64,000 nucleotides of DNA from Flavobacteriales bacterium (GCA_016703105.1 JADJCS010000007.1:143810-207809), one strand, 5' to 3'. Counted from the first letter of the stretch, positions 28,552 to 38,372 are shown. Program-made: numbers and translations. The notes: generated by a model from the letters alone, not told the origin.

Positions 28552-29382
28552 TCACCCTGCCGTGAGCAGGTTCGCAAGCACATTCGCACCAACGTCCTTG
28601 GCGAATTTGGCGGTGTGCCTGGACACCTCCACCGCCGCCCGCATCAACTTCTCACGGTTGCGGTCTTCAATTGTCCCGATCAGTCGCTCCACCCAGGGTC
28701 GATCTTCCTTAACGATGGCTATCGAAGTACCCTCCATCGCATCGCTTAAAGCCCGTGCATCGCGCAGGAGCAATTGCCAACCTTCTTCGTCGATCACTTC
28801 AGCGTTCTCGATGAATGGAAGCTGCAGCTGCACGGACTTGCGGAAGTGCATGTCCATCTGGGTAGACACAGGGCCTTCGATCAAGTTCAAGTACGAAGCA
28901 CGGAAACTCTCGGTCGGGGTGGCGTTCGCGATGATCTTCACCTTCTGGAATTTTTCGCGGATCAGGTCTTTAGAGATGTAGGTGATAAGCCAAGTGCGGA
29001 ACGTTTCCTTTTTCGAGAGGTAAGCACTGTCGTAGAGCACATGCACGATGCGCTCAGTGCTATAGCTCCGCGCTCCGCTATCATCCCCGTTCAGCTCACG
29101 TGAGTTGTTGAAGAAGCGGATCTGTTGGTTGCGCACTTGCTTGGGGTTTACCCTGAACTCCACCTGCAACGCTTCGACCTTTTCATGGAGTGGAACCCTA
29201 CCCCGCACACCGGCAATAGAAGTGATGGAAAGATTGTGCACGTACACATAGAAATCATTCAGGTCGAAACCCTTCAGACAGCTGATCTCCTTCACTTCGC
29301 TCGCAACCACCTTCAATGTAAATGGGCTGAGGACTTGATCACAGTGGATGCGAAATCCGAAGTAGCGCTCAAGATTCGTCAT
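28552..29382 (-). CDS. hypothetical protein, compositionally atypical (lower GC than surroundings)
   Basis: 276-aa ORF immediately upstream of hsdR. GC by eye ~52-55% against ~65% background. No motif assigned. Confidence 0.5.
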   Translation of the reverse strand: MTNLERYFGFRIHCDQVLSPFTLKVVASEVKEISCLKGFDLNDFYVYVHNLSITSIAGVRGRVPLHEKVEALQVEFRVNPKQVRNQQIRFFNNSRELNGDDSGARSYSTERIVHVLYDSAYLSKKETFRTWLITYISKDLIREKFQKVKIIANATPTESFRASYLNLIEGPVSTQMDMHFRKSVQLQLPFIENAEVIDEEGWQLLLRDARALSDAMEGTSIAIVKEDRPWVERLIGTIEDRNREKLMRAAVEVSRHTAKFAKDVGANVLANLLTAG

Positions 29383-29738
29383 CGGATCGGTCTTGGAGTG
29401 ACGCCAAACTACGCGTTACCACTTGGCGATCCATCGCTCGAGGCCGGGATTCTTGGGATCCAAGGCTCTCGGAAGGGCTTCCGAGAGCTTTATGATCCTA
29501 CAAAGCCCAGCGGTGCATCAGGGAAAGTATAATCGACCCAGCTATAGGTGGCCTTCAGCGATCAGGCCCCTTGGCAGCGGGTGCATTCGCACCGCACAAC
29601 CATTTTACCAAGTAATCAATGAGCTCCGCTTACCTCTTCGTTCCGTTCAAGAAGGCATTCACGACAACCTGTCAACCACTAACCAACCAACCCATTGGCC
29701 CACCAACCCATGGGCTCCGCCCACCTTTTTGATCCGCG

Positions 29739-30116
29739 GACCATGGTCTTCACCGAAGACACCTTGGTCTCCCGGTCCGGGACCATAGTCTCCGAACAGT
29801 AGACGATGGACTCCGGACAACAGACCATGGTCCGCAAGCAGCAGCCAATGGTCTCCGACGCGCGGACGATGGTCTACACCGAAGAGACGATAGTCTCCCG
29901 GTGCGAGACCATGGTCTCCGAATAGCAGACCATGGTCTGCGAGCAGTAGACGATGGTCTCCGACGCGGGGACGATGGTCTACTCCGAAGAGACGATCGTC
30001 TCCCGGCGCGGGACCATGGTCTCCGAACAGCAGACGAGGGTCCGCAAACTCTAGACGATGGTCTGCCACGCGCGGACCATGGTCTACGACGAAGAGACGA
30101 TGGTCTTCCGGTCCGG
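29739..30116. repeat. tandem array of ~18 x 21-bp units (core GACCATGGTC palindrome) with 5-unit (105-bp) higher-order periodicity
   Basis: Read directly: units 'acSatggtctNNNNNNNNNNg' cycle through five tail types (..ccgaagag / ..cccggNNcgNg / ..ccgaacagcag / ..gcgagcagtag / ..ccgacgcgggg) about 3.5 times. Confidence 0.9.
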
Positions 30117-30315
30117 TAGCGCGGCCATGCGCCGGTGTGCCGATGCATTTCCTGGAAAGCGCATGGGGCGCGGCTTACAGGCGGTGATCACCCGGTGTAC
30201 CGGGTAAGGATCGAACCCCGGTACACCGGGGGAAAAAGAACGATCGCCGGGGGCTTTGCGATTCACCGGACATAACCAACGCTTTTGTGGGTACAGCAGG
30301 ACAGGCCCTCACCGC

Positions 30316-30948
30316 ATGAAGAAGATACTCTATACCGTAAAGCTTGGATTCACCAAGTTGACCGCCGCGGCCCTGGTCGGAAAGGGACGCACCAATGTGG
30401 AGATGTTGACGGGCAACGCGACCTACGCAACGCCGATCCCGCCACTCGCCACGATCACCGCCGCTTGCGACACGCTCGATGTGGCGAGCAATGCCTACGA
30501 TTTCTCCCGTAGCCGTTTGGACAAGGAGGACCGCGATGTAGCGTTCGCGGAATTGAAGGGGCTGTTGAAGGAATTGGGTGGCTACGTGCAAGCCATCAGC
30601 AAGGGGGACAAGGATCTGATCTTGAGCGCGGGCTTCGAAGTGGAGAAGGCCGCCAGCCCGATCGGGCAGCTCCCCGCCCCGCCCAATGTACGTGCCCTCG
30701 TAACGCCCTACCCCGAGCGCCTCGAGGTGAAGTGGGGGGGCGTAAAGGGCCGCACCACTTATGAACTGTGGATGACCGATGGTGATCCCAAAGTGGAGGC
30801 GAACTGGAAGCTCCACGCCATCACCAGCAAGAACCGCGCGATGGTGGAAGGCCTCACCAGCAACACCATCTACTTCTTCCGTGTAGTGGCGCAAGGCGCC
30901 GCCGGGGCCAGCCCGGTGAGCGATACCGCCAACGCGAAAGCCGCCTGA
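30316..30948 (+). CDS. hypothetical protein with fibronectin type III-like C-terminal domain
   Basis: Start trimmed to MKKILYTV. C-terminal '...YELWMTDGDP...WKLHAITSKNRAMVEGLTSNTIYFFRVVAQGAAG' resembles an FN3 beta-sandwich. Confidence 0.45.
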   Translation: MKKILYTVKLGFTKLTAAALVGKGRTNVEMLTGNATYATPIPPLATITAACDTLDVASNAYDFSRSRLDKEDRDVAFAELKGLLKELGGYVQAISKGDKDLILSAGFEVEKAASPIGQLPAPPNVRALVTPYPERLEVKWGGVKGRTTYELWMTDGDPKVEANWKLHAITSKNRAMVEGLTSNTIYFFRVVAQGAAGASPVSDTANAKAA

Positions 30949-31023
30949 TCCTTATCCTTCGACGCAGACCCCGGTATCCCTCGCACAAGGGATGCCGGGG
31001 TCGCCGGCGTAGAAAGCGATCCG

Positions 31024-31815
31024 ATGCTTACGATGCACCCGCTCGAAACCCACGAACTGCGCGACGCCGCGCAGCTCTGCCCCCGCGACCCCAACGCCCT
31101 GTTGGGGCATTTGCGTTGGTGCATGTGTACGCCTTACGCGGAAGCGTTCTCCATGCGGCTGGGACCCAAAGTGCTCGGCGTGGCCACTCTGGTACACTTC
31201 GGCACCACCTCGCGCGTGGGCTGCTTCCACATCCACCAGGCGCACCAGCGCAAAGGCTTGGGCACCCTCCTCGCACTGCACTTGCGGAATGTGCAGGATC
31301 AAGAGGATCGCTCCACCCTCATGGTGCAAGCCGCACCGCAGGAGGCCGCTTTCTGGGAACGCCTGGAGTTCACCGAGCAATGCACCTTCACCACGTATGC
31401 GAACGGCCACTTCATCGAAGCCAGCCGCGATGAGGTGGCGCTGATGGAACCCGCGCACACCCTCGCCCTTCTGCACCTGGACAAGCACGCCACAGGTGAG
31501 GACCGGCGCGCGCTACTGCTCGAGCATCAGTACGCCGCCCACGCTTACGTGGAGCAGGGACGCGTGCGCGGCGCCCTGCTGCCGCTGGTGGGCCAGGGCC
31601 TCATCATCGCCGATGCGCCAGCGGTAGGCCTCGAACTGCAACGCTGGCTACCGCCCACCCAGCACCGCATTACCGTGCCTGCGGACAATGCCGCCGCCAA
31701 CGAGCACTTGCGCGAACGCGGCTATGATCCCATCGGTAGTAGTGTGCGGCTGGTGCATGGGTCGGCGCCTGCCTTCAAGGCGGAGATGGTTTTTGCTTGG
31801 CCTTGGGGGAGGTGA
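31024..31815 (+). CDS. GNAT-like acetyltransferase family protein (weak)
   Basis: 'VHPEHQRKGLG'-type acetyl-CoA binding motif, seen here as 'IHQAHQRKGLGTLL'. Confidence 0.35.
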   Translation: MLTMHPLETHELRDAAQLCPRDPNALLGHLRWCMCTPYAEAFSMRLGPKVLGVATLVHFGTTSRVGCFHIHQAHQRKGLGTLLALHLRNVQDQEDRSTLMVQAAPQEAAFWERLEFTEQCTFTTYANGHFIEASRDEVALMEPAHTLALLHLDKHATGEDRRALLLEHQYAAHAYVEQGRVRGALLPLVGQGLIIADAPAVGLELQRWLPPTQHRITVPADNAAANEHLRERGYDPIGSSVRLVHGSAPAFKAEMVFAWPWGR

Positions 31816-31906
31816 GCACTACCGGGCATCCCACATTCCGCAGCACCGGTGCGCGAAGCAGCGAACCTTCCGCACCAACCGTCTGTTCGTTCACCAACTT
31901 CGCCGC

Positions 31907-33244
31907 ATGGTACGTTCCATTCTCTTCGCCCTCCTTTCCCTGGCAGCCGCACCCCACCTGCCTGCGCAATGGGTGCCGGGCGACTCCTTTGGCAGCACCT
32001 ACCACCACCAGGCATGCGCCTTCCACGATGTGGATACGGGCCTCTTCGTCTATGGCACGGACAACCCGAACAGCGGCGAGGGCGGCGTGATCATCACCTG
32101 GTCCGGGTTGACGGACTCCGGCGGCGTGATCTGGTACCAGTCCTTCATGAACCTGGAGGACATCGACGTGCGCATGGGCAGCAACGGCCGGCCCATTTAC
32201 CTGGCAGCGGGGCATAAGCAATACGCGTTCAGTGTGGCGTTGCATCCCTACCTGGCCGGTGGCAACCCCTTCCAGTTCGACAGCGTGCGCACGGGCGACG
32301 CCCGCCACTACCGCGCCATCCGCATGCGCAGTGATATCGTGGCCTTCGCCGGCGGCGGCAATTATGTGGGCGACGGCATCATCGACATGAGCGTGGACAC
32401 CGGCTACACGTGGACGAACATCGCGGTGCTGCCGGGTCAACCCGTTTCGCGTCTGCACTTCGTGGACGACCTGCTGGGCTTCGCGGCCACCGGCGGCTAC
32501 CGGCGCCTGGCCGCTTTCGGCGTGAACGTCCCGGACAGCGGCGCCATCTACCGCACCACCGATGGCGGCTTGAACTGGCTGCAGGTACACCGCGATACCA
32601 TCACCGGTTTCTCCGATGTCGCCTTCAGCTCGCTCACCACCGGTGTGGCCACGCGCAACGATGGGGTGATCCTGCGCACCACGGACGGTGGCACCACCTG
32701 GGTGCCCGCCGTGGTGAACCTGCCCGCCGCCAGCGTGATGACCTCCGTGACCTTCCGTCCGGATGGGACCGGCTTCGCCAGTGCGTACCGCGCAGATGGA
32801 GTGAGCGGCTACATATTGATCAGCACCGATGACGGCCAGACCTGGGACGAGAACTTCAACACGAGCGGCTTCAACCACTCGCGCCGCATCTACGATGTGT
32901 ACTTCTACGATGATGCGCACGGCTATGCGAGCACGCACATCCGACCGCTGCGCACCAGCGGGCTGGTGACGGATGTGCCGGAGATCGTAGAGCAAACCCT
33001 CGTCCTCTACCCGAACCCGGCGATCGATCTCGTGCAGCTGGCGTGGGAGTTGCCGGGTGCCGCGACGGGCGGTGGTCGGTTGTCGGTTGTAAGTGCGCAC
33101 GGGCAGTTGGTCAGCGACTTACCGATCGCACCAAGTACCACGAGCTATACGTTGGATGTCTCGAACTACCCGCCCGGACTTTACCATTTGCACTTGGTGG
33201 TGGATGGGCAGCTGGTGAGCGCGGCGAAGGTGGTCATCGAATAA
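31907..33244 (+). CDS. secreted Ycf48/BNR-repeat-like protein with T9SS C-terminal domain
   Basis: Signal peptide MVRSILFALLSLAAA. Repeated 'TTDGG.NW' / 'TTDGGTTW' / 'STDDGQTW' BNR-like motifs. C-terminal T9SS CTD. Confidence 0.7.
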   Translation: MVRSILFALLSLAAAPHLPAQWVPGDSFGSTYHHQACAFHDVDTGLFVYGTDNPNSGEGGVIITWSGLTDSGGVIWYQSFMNLEDIDVRMGSNGRPIYLAAGHKQYAFSVALHPYLAGGNPFQFDSVRTGDARHYRAIRMRSDIVAFAGGGNYVGDGIIDMSVDTGYTWTNIAVLPGQPVSRLHFVDDLLGFAATGGYRRLAAFGVNVPDSGAIYRTTDGGLNWLQVHRDTITGFSDVAFSSLTTGVATRNDGVILRTTDGGTTWVPAVVNLPAASVMTSVTFRPDGTGFASAYRADGVSGYILISTDDGQTWDENFNTSGFNHSRRIYDVYFYDDAHGYASTHIRPLRTSGLVTDVPEIVEQTLVLYPNPAIDLVQLAWELPGAATGGGRLSVVSAHGQLVSDLPIAPSTTSYTLDVSNYPPGLYHLHLVVDGQLVSAAKVVIE

Positions 33245-33259
33245 CGCGTTCGCGACTCT

Positions 33260-34630
33260 ACACTTGCTGCGATAGATCCACTGAAGAGGACTGAGCAGGA
33301 AGGCAGGTGACCCATCGTTCGCGATAGGAGCGAGTCCTATGAATCCTTATTGGTACCTGTCTTCCACTCGGGTCGGAGGCTCAGATAGAATTTCAGGCAG
33401 TCAGGCCTAATAGAGTCATCAAGCATACGGCCCTTCGCTCAGTCCCTCCAGGGATCATTGGTGTAACTCAAAACTACGAGGACATGGACCTATGTATCGG
33501 GATCGATGTGAGTAAAGCCCACCTGGACCTAGCCTTGATGAACGCATCCGGAGCCGTTTTGGGGACCGAGCGGATCACCAATGAAAGCAAGGCGATCAGA
33601 GCATTGCTGAAGCGATGGCACAAGCAGTTCGGAGTGACCAAGGCCAATGCGCTGTTCTGCCTGGAACCTACGGGGCACTATGGGTACCTGCTGGTGGAAG
33701 AACTCATGCGGGCCGGTCTGCCGACCTGGCTGGCACATCCGCTGGACATCAAGCACAGCATCGGAAGCACACGGGGTAAGAACGATCGGATCGATGCCCA
33801 GCGCATTGCCGATTATGCCCGTAGGCACCACGACAAAGCCCGATTGCTGGGGCCTGGTTCTTTGCGCATGAACAAGCTCAAGCAGCTGCTTACGTGCCGA
33901 CGTCAACTGGTGACGGACAAACGCCGCCATCAGGTGAGGATCAAAGACCTGAACCGCCATGTGGACAGATCGCTCCGAGCTTTGTTCGATCGTCTGAGCC
34001 AAGAGCGGATCGAACAGATCGACACGCAACTGGAGAAGATCGAAGCCGCAATTGTGGACCACATCCATGCCGATCCACGGCTACGCGAGCAGTATGTGCT
34101 GCTCCTTAGCGTGGATGGCGTGGGACCCGTATTGGCAGCGCACCTCCTGGCATGCACCGAAGGCTTTACACGCTTTGCTACCGCCCGCCGCTTAGCCTGT
34201 CAGGCTGGTGTGGCTCCCTACGAGCACTCTTCGGGCTCCAGCATCCATGGTCGCACACGCGTATCTCCACAAGCCGACCGCGTGCTGAAAACGCTGCTGC
34301 ATATGGCAGCACTCGGTGTGATAGCTCGTGCTGGTGAGCTCCAGGACTATTACAAACGAAAGCGTGCTGAAGGCAAGGCCCTATGCTGGTGATCAACGCT
34401 GTGCGCTGCAAGATCCTACATCGCCTGTTCGCAGTGGTCCAACGAGGTACCCCCATTTGTCCGGACCCCACTTGCACAGGTCATAGAATAAGGATCAGCA
34501 CCGAGGGCAACGCCCAAGGTGATGGCCGAAGCGATCTTTAATTCGCGCGTGGGTTGTGCGTGGCAATAAATGATCACGTACGGATCCAACAAGATCGCTT
34601 CGCGCCGACGACGGACGCTCGCGAACGCGG
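33260..34630 (+). mobile_element. IS110-family insertion sequence (boundaries approximate)
   Basis: IS110-type transposase ORF flanked by lower-GC non-coding DNA, sitting between convergent genes. IS110 elements lack clear TIRs, so the ends are estimated. Confidence 0.5.
33484..34392 (+). CDS. IS110-family transposase (C-terminal tail frameshifted; tail continues 34389..~34490 in another frame)
   Basis: N-terminal DEDD-type domain 'IGIDVSK', central 'RGKNDRIDA' motif. The conserved C-terminal 'MLVINAVRCKILHRLFAVVQRG' is encoded out of frame just after the stop. Confidence 0.8.
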   Translation: MDLCIGIDVSKAHLDLALMNASGAVLGTERITNESKAIRALLKRWHKQFGVTKANALFCLEPTGHYGYLLVEELMRAGLPTWLAHPLDIKHSIGSTRGKNDRIDAQRIADYARRHHDKARLLGPGSLRMNKLKQLLTCRRQLVTDKRRHQVRIKDLNRHVDRSLRALFDRLSQERIEQIDTQLEKIEAAIVDHIHADPRLREQYVLLLSVDGVGPVLAAHLLACTEGFTRFATARRLACQAGVAPYEHSSGSSIHGRTRVSPQADRVLKTLLHMAALGVIARAGELQDYYKRKRAEGKALCW

Positions 34631-34646
34631 GTAGGAAAAGAGTTGA

Positions 34647-36197
34647 TCAGAACGGCACTTCGTTCCCTTCGCCGTCCTGGATGCTGAAGCCCAGGTATTG
34701 GTGGCTGCCATCGCCCACCACCTTCACGCTCTTGCGCCAGCGCCACCACCACTTTATGCGGATACTGGGGAAGCCCTGGGTGAAATAGGCCGCGAGGAAA
34801 GGGTGTACCTTGAGCGTGAGGCCGCTCATGTCCTTTTCCACCAACAGGTAGTTCAGCGCGCTCTCGATATCGTCGATCAGCAGCACCGGTGCACGCACCT
34901 CGCCGGTGCCGTTGCAGGTGGGGCAGCTCTCGCTGGTATCGATCTCCGTTTCCGGGCGCACGCGTTGGCGGGTGAGTTCGATCACCCCGAAGCGGCTTGG
35001 TGGAAGTACGTTGTGCTTGGCCTTGTCATCGGCCATGGCATCTTTCAATGCCTTGTGCAGCTCGCGGCGGTGGTCGGCCTCGTAGAGGTCGATGAAGTCG
35101 ATGCAGATGATGCCGCCCATATCGCGCAAGCGCAGCAGGCGGGCGATCTCCTTGGCGGCCTCGATGTTGATGTCCAGGGCGTTCTTCTCCTGGTTCTGGT
35201 TGCCGCCCTTGCGGCTGCCACTGTTCACGTCGATCACGTGCATGGCCTCGGTCTTCTCGATGATCAGGTAGGCGCCGCTGGGCAGAACGACCTGCTTGCC
35301 GAAGGCCTGCTTGATCTGCTTGTTGACCGCGAAATTGTCGAAGATGTCCAGCTTGCCTTTGTAGTGCTTCACGATGCCCTTCTTCTCCGGGGCGATCTTC
35401 TCCAGGGTCTGGTAGACCTCGTCGGCGAGCTGCTCGTTGTTGACGTGTATGCTGGTGAAATCCTTGTTGAGCACATCGCGCAGCACGGCACTGGTGCGGT
35501 CGATCTCGCCCAGCACCCGCTTGGGCGGAATGGCGTTGCGCAGGTTGTGGAACATGGTGTCCCAGCGGGACAGCACGGTCTTCAGGTCGGCTTCGAGCTC
35601 CTCGGTGCCTTTGCCTTCGGCGTTGGTGCGGATGATCACGCCGTGGTTGGCCGGGCGGATGCGCTGCATCAGCTCCTTCAGGCGGCGGCGCTCATCCTCG
35701 TCCTTGATGCGGGTGGAGATGCTCACCTTGTTGATGAAGGGCACCAGCACCATGTAGCGGCCGGCGAGGGTCACTTCCGCGGTGAGCCGAGGGCCCTTGG
35801 TGCTGATGGGCTCCTTGGCGATCTGCACCAGCACGCTCTGGCTGGCGCTGATCACCTCGCTCATCTTGGCGTTCTTCTCGATGTCCGGCTCCAGCTTCCA
35901 GCCGTCCAGGACGGAAGAGCTTATCGTGCCGCTCACCGCGCCCTTGGCGAACTTGAAGCTGTTGCGGTACTGCGGGCCCAGATCGAAGTAGTGCAGGAAG
36001 GCGTCCTTCTCGTGCCCCACATCCACGAAGGCGGCATTGAGGCCGGGGGCCACTTTGCGCACGCGGGCCAGGTAAATATCGCCCACGCTGAAGCCGCGCT
36101 CGGTGCGTTCGCGATGCAGCTCCATGAGGAGCTTGTCGCGCACGACGGCGATGGCCACCTCGCCCGCGGAATCGCGGATAATGAGGTCGACGCTCAC
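34647..36197 (-). CDS. rng: ribonuclease G/E family endoribonuclease
   Basis: N-terminal S1 domain, followed by a catalytic-core region with Zn-link Cys pair 'CPTCNGTG'. 516 aa. Confidence 0.9.
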   Translation of the reverse strand: MSVDLIIRDSAGEVAIAVVRDKLLMELHRERTERGFSVGDIYLARVRKVAPGLNAAFVDVGHEKDAFLHYFDLGPQYRNSFKFAKGAVSGTISSSVLDGWKLEPDIEKNAKMSEVISASQSVLVQIAKEPISTKGPRLTAEVTLAGRYMVLVPFINKVSISTRIKDEDERRRLKELMQRIRPANHGVIIRTNAEGKGTEELEADLKTVLSRWDTMFHNLRNAIPPKRVLGEIDRTSAVLRDVLNKDFTSIHVNNEQLADEVYQTLEKIAPEKKGIVKHYKGKLDIFDNFAVNKQIKQAFGKQVVLPSGAYLIIEKTEAMHVIDVNSGSRKGGNQNQEKNALDINIEAAKEIARLLRLRDMGGIICIDFIDLYEADHRRELHKALKDAMADDKAKHNVLPPSRFGVIELTRQRVRPETEIDTSESCPTCNGTGEVRAPVLLIDDIESALNYLLVEKDMSGLTLKVHPFLAAYFTQGFPSIRIKWWWRWRKSVKVVGDGSHQYLGFSIQDGEGNEVPF

Positions 36198-36388
36198 TTA
36201 GGGAAGGGTGTAGGAAGCATGGTGCATCATCCGTTGGGATGTGCGCATCCAAGGCACAGGGTATAGCGCCACCGCAGGGCGGGCGCCCTGGGCCAAGGAG
36301 GGATCCCTAGCGGACCTTCTTCTTGTGCCGGTTCTTCCGCAGGCGCTTCTTGCGCTTGTGGGTAGCCATTTTGTGGCGCTTCCTTTTC

Positions 36389-36904
36389 TTACCGCAGGGC
36401 ATGTTCCTGTTCTTCTAGTTTATTTCTCAATCCTTCGAGCGCCCGATCGGTGGCCTGGAGGGCCTCCGCATCGGTCGTTCGTGTACGATACGTTTCAAAG
36501 GCGGTGATGGCGGCAGTGGTGCTGTCCATCATCGCGTAACTCTGCCCCAATAGCGACCAGGCCTCCGGGAACTTCCCTTCCTGGTCCAGTTCCACCACCT
36601 GGCGGAACCGGCCAACGGCCTTGTCCACTTGCCCGCTTTGAAGACTGAAGAGGCCCAGGTGCCAGTGTACTTCGGCTTCCTCCGGATGTTCCTCGGCCAA
36701 TTGCCGCAGGATCATGATCCCCTGCATGGGCTGGGTGCCGTTCACCAGGGCGATCGCTTCGTCCAGCTTCACCCGCAAGGGCGAAACCTCAGCGGCTTTC
36801 GCGTTCTCGCCGGTCTTCGGCGTACGGGGCAGCAACATCAAAAGAACGACCACCACCACAGCACCGGCGATAGCCAGCCACTGGGGTTTCCCCAAATTCC
36901 TCAT
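36389..36904 (-). CDS. tetratricopeptide-repeat protein with N-terminal TM anchor
   Basis: TM helix 'WLAIAGAVVVVVLLMLL', then TPR-like helical repeats. Confidence 0.5.
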   Translation of the reverse strand: MRNLGKPQWLAIAGAVVVVVLLMLLPRTPKTGENAKAAEVSPLRVKLDEAIALVNGTQPMQGIMILRQLAEEHPEEAEVHWHLGLFSLQSGQVDKAVGRFRQVVELDQEGKFPEAWSLLGQSYAMMDSTTAAITAFETYRTRTTDAEALQATDRALEGLRNKLEEQEHALR

Positions 36905-37191
36905 CCCTGCTTCACGCGGTTCTTCACCTTGTCGATGAAGACGTCCGCGGGCTTGAAGGAAGGCACGTCATGGGCGGGGATCACGATGGTGGTGTTCTGG
37001 GAGAGGATACGGCCGGTCTTCTGGGCGCGGTGTTTCACCACGAAGCTGCCGAAGCCGCGCAGATGGACATCCTCGCCCTTCTCCAGGCTGTTCTTCACCT
37101 CTTCCATGAAAGCCTCGATGGTCACCAAAACGGCGTTCCGCTCTACGCCCGTCCTCTTTGCCAAAATGCTGACCAGTTCTGCCTTCGTCAT
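36901..37191 (-). CDS. hup: DNA-binding protein HU
   Basis: 'MTKAELVSILA...GFGSFVVKHRAQKTGR' HU/IHF signature. Start trimmed to MTKAEL. Confidence 0.85.
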   Translation of the reverse strand: MTKAELVSILAKRTGVERNAVLVTIEAFMEEVKNSLEKGEDVHLRGFGSFVVKHRAQKTGRILSQNTTIVIPAHDVPSFKPADVFIDKVKNRVKQG

Positions 37192-37259
37192 CCCGTACCT
37201 TGTTTGGGGCCGCGAAGATAGCGTTCCAAATGGAACCCGCAATGCATCTTTGTGCCTGT

Positions 37260-38309
37260 ATGTCAAGCCTTTCATGGTTCAGCGCGGCCCTGGCCCCGTG
37301 GTACGCGACCCACAAGCGCGATCTACCCTGGCGACGCACCAAGGACCCCTACCGGATCTGGTTGAGCGAAGTGATCTTGCAACAGACGCGGGTGGACCAG
37401 GGGCTTCCCTACTACCTGCGGTTCGTAGAGCGCTTCCCGGATGTCCGCTCGCTGGCCGGAGCGGAAGAGGACCAGGTGCTTCGGCTATGGCAGGGGCTCG
37501 GCTACTACAGCCGGGCGCGTAACCTCTTGTTCGCGGCCCGGCAGGTGCAGGAACAGCACGGGGGAAAGTTCCCTACGGGCTTCGATGGTTTGCGCGGGCT
37601 TCGCGGCATCGGTGACTACACGGCTGCGGCCATTGCCAGCATCGCTTTCGGGGAACAACAGGCGGTGGTGGACGGGAACGTGTACCGCGTGCTGGCGCGC
37701 GTGTTCGGCATCCGCACGCCCGTGGACAGCAGCGCGGGCGCGAAAGAGTTCCGGGCCCTGGCGAACGCCCTGATCCCGGCTATAAAACCCGGGGACCACA
37801 ACCAGGCTGTGATGGAATTGGGGGCGACGGTCTGCCTCCCCCGGGAGCCCCGCTGCCCGGATTGTCCGCTGGCCGCGAAGTGCCTCGCCCGGCGGGAGGA
37901 CCGCATCACGGAACTGCCGGTGAAGCAGGGGCGCACCAAGATCCGCCGTCGGCATTTCAACTACCTGCTGCTGGATCGGAAAGGCGGTGCCATGCTCCGC
38001 AAGCGCGCCGGCAAGGATATCTGGCAGGGATTGTACGAGCCCCCGCTCCATGAAAGCGACCGCACACTTACGCGCACGGCCTTGCTGAAGCACCTGAACA
38101 CGGAATATGGCGGCACATGGAAAGTGGTGCGCACGGAAAACGCGGTCACGCACCTTCTCTCCCACCAGCGCCTGCACATCACCTTCTGGCACGTGGCGGC
38201 CCCGGCCGGTTACCGCAAGCCGGCGGATTGGAAATGGGTGCCTTTGGCCAAGCTTGACGCGCACCCCCTGCCCCGGCCGGTGGAGCGCTACTTCGAGCAG
38301 ACCCTGTGA
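37260..38309 (+). CDS. mutY: A/G-specific adenine DNA glycosylase
   Basis: HhH-GPD motif, [4Fe-4S] Cys ligands 'CLPREPRCPDCPLAAKC', C-terminal NUDIX-like domain. Start approximate. Confidence 0.85.
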   Translation: MSSLSWFSAALAPWYATHKRDLPWRRTKDPYRIWLSEVILQQTRVDQGLPYYLRFVERFPDVRSLAGAEEDQVLRLWQGLGYYSRARNLLFAARQVQEQHGGKFPTGFDGLRGLRGIGDYTAAAIASIAFGEQQAVVDGNVYRVLARVFGIRTPVDSSAGAKEFRALANALIPAIKPGDHNQAVMELGATVCLPREPRCPDCPLAAKCLARREDRITELPVKQGRTKIRRRHFNYLLLDRKGGAMLRKRAGKDIWQGLYEPPLHESDRTLTRTALLKHLNTEYGGTWKVVRTENAVTHLLSHQRLHITFWHVAAPAGYRKPADWKWVPLAKLDAHPLPRPVERYFEQTL

Positions 38310-38372
38310 ACAACTTGGCGCGGAAGATGCGCGGGTCCCGGCGCTACCTTTGGGCAGCTATCCATACCCACC

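Noticed and set aside
29739-30116. Possible CRISPR array (regular short repeats)
   Set aside because: All units are related 21-mers with no unique spacer sequences between constant repeats, and no cas genes are nearby. It is a tandem/higher-order satellite, not a CRISPR.
30256-30315. Upstream 20-codon extension of the FN3-domain ORF (MRFTGHNQRFCGYSRTGPHR)
   Set aside because: No signal or TM character; the next Met (MKKILYTV) gives a more typical N-terminus. Kept as an alternative start only.
36306-36398. Tiny Lys/Arg-rich minus-strand ORF (MPCGKKRKRHKMATHKRKKRLRKNRHKKKVR) upstream of rng, reminiscent of a small ribosomal protein
   Set aside because: Only ~20-30 codons. It does not match bL32/bL34/bL36/bTHX consensus well enough from memory. 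It could be a real small basic protein, but the evidence is insufficient.
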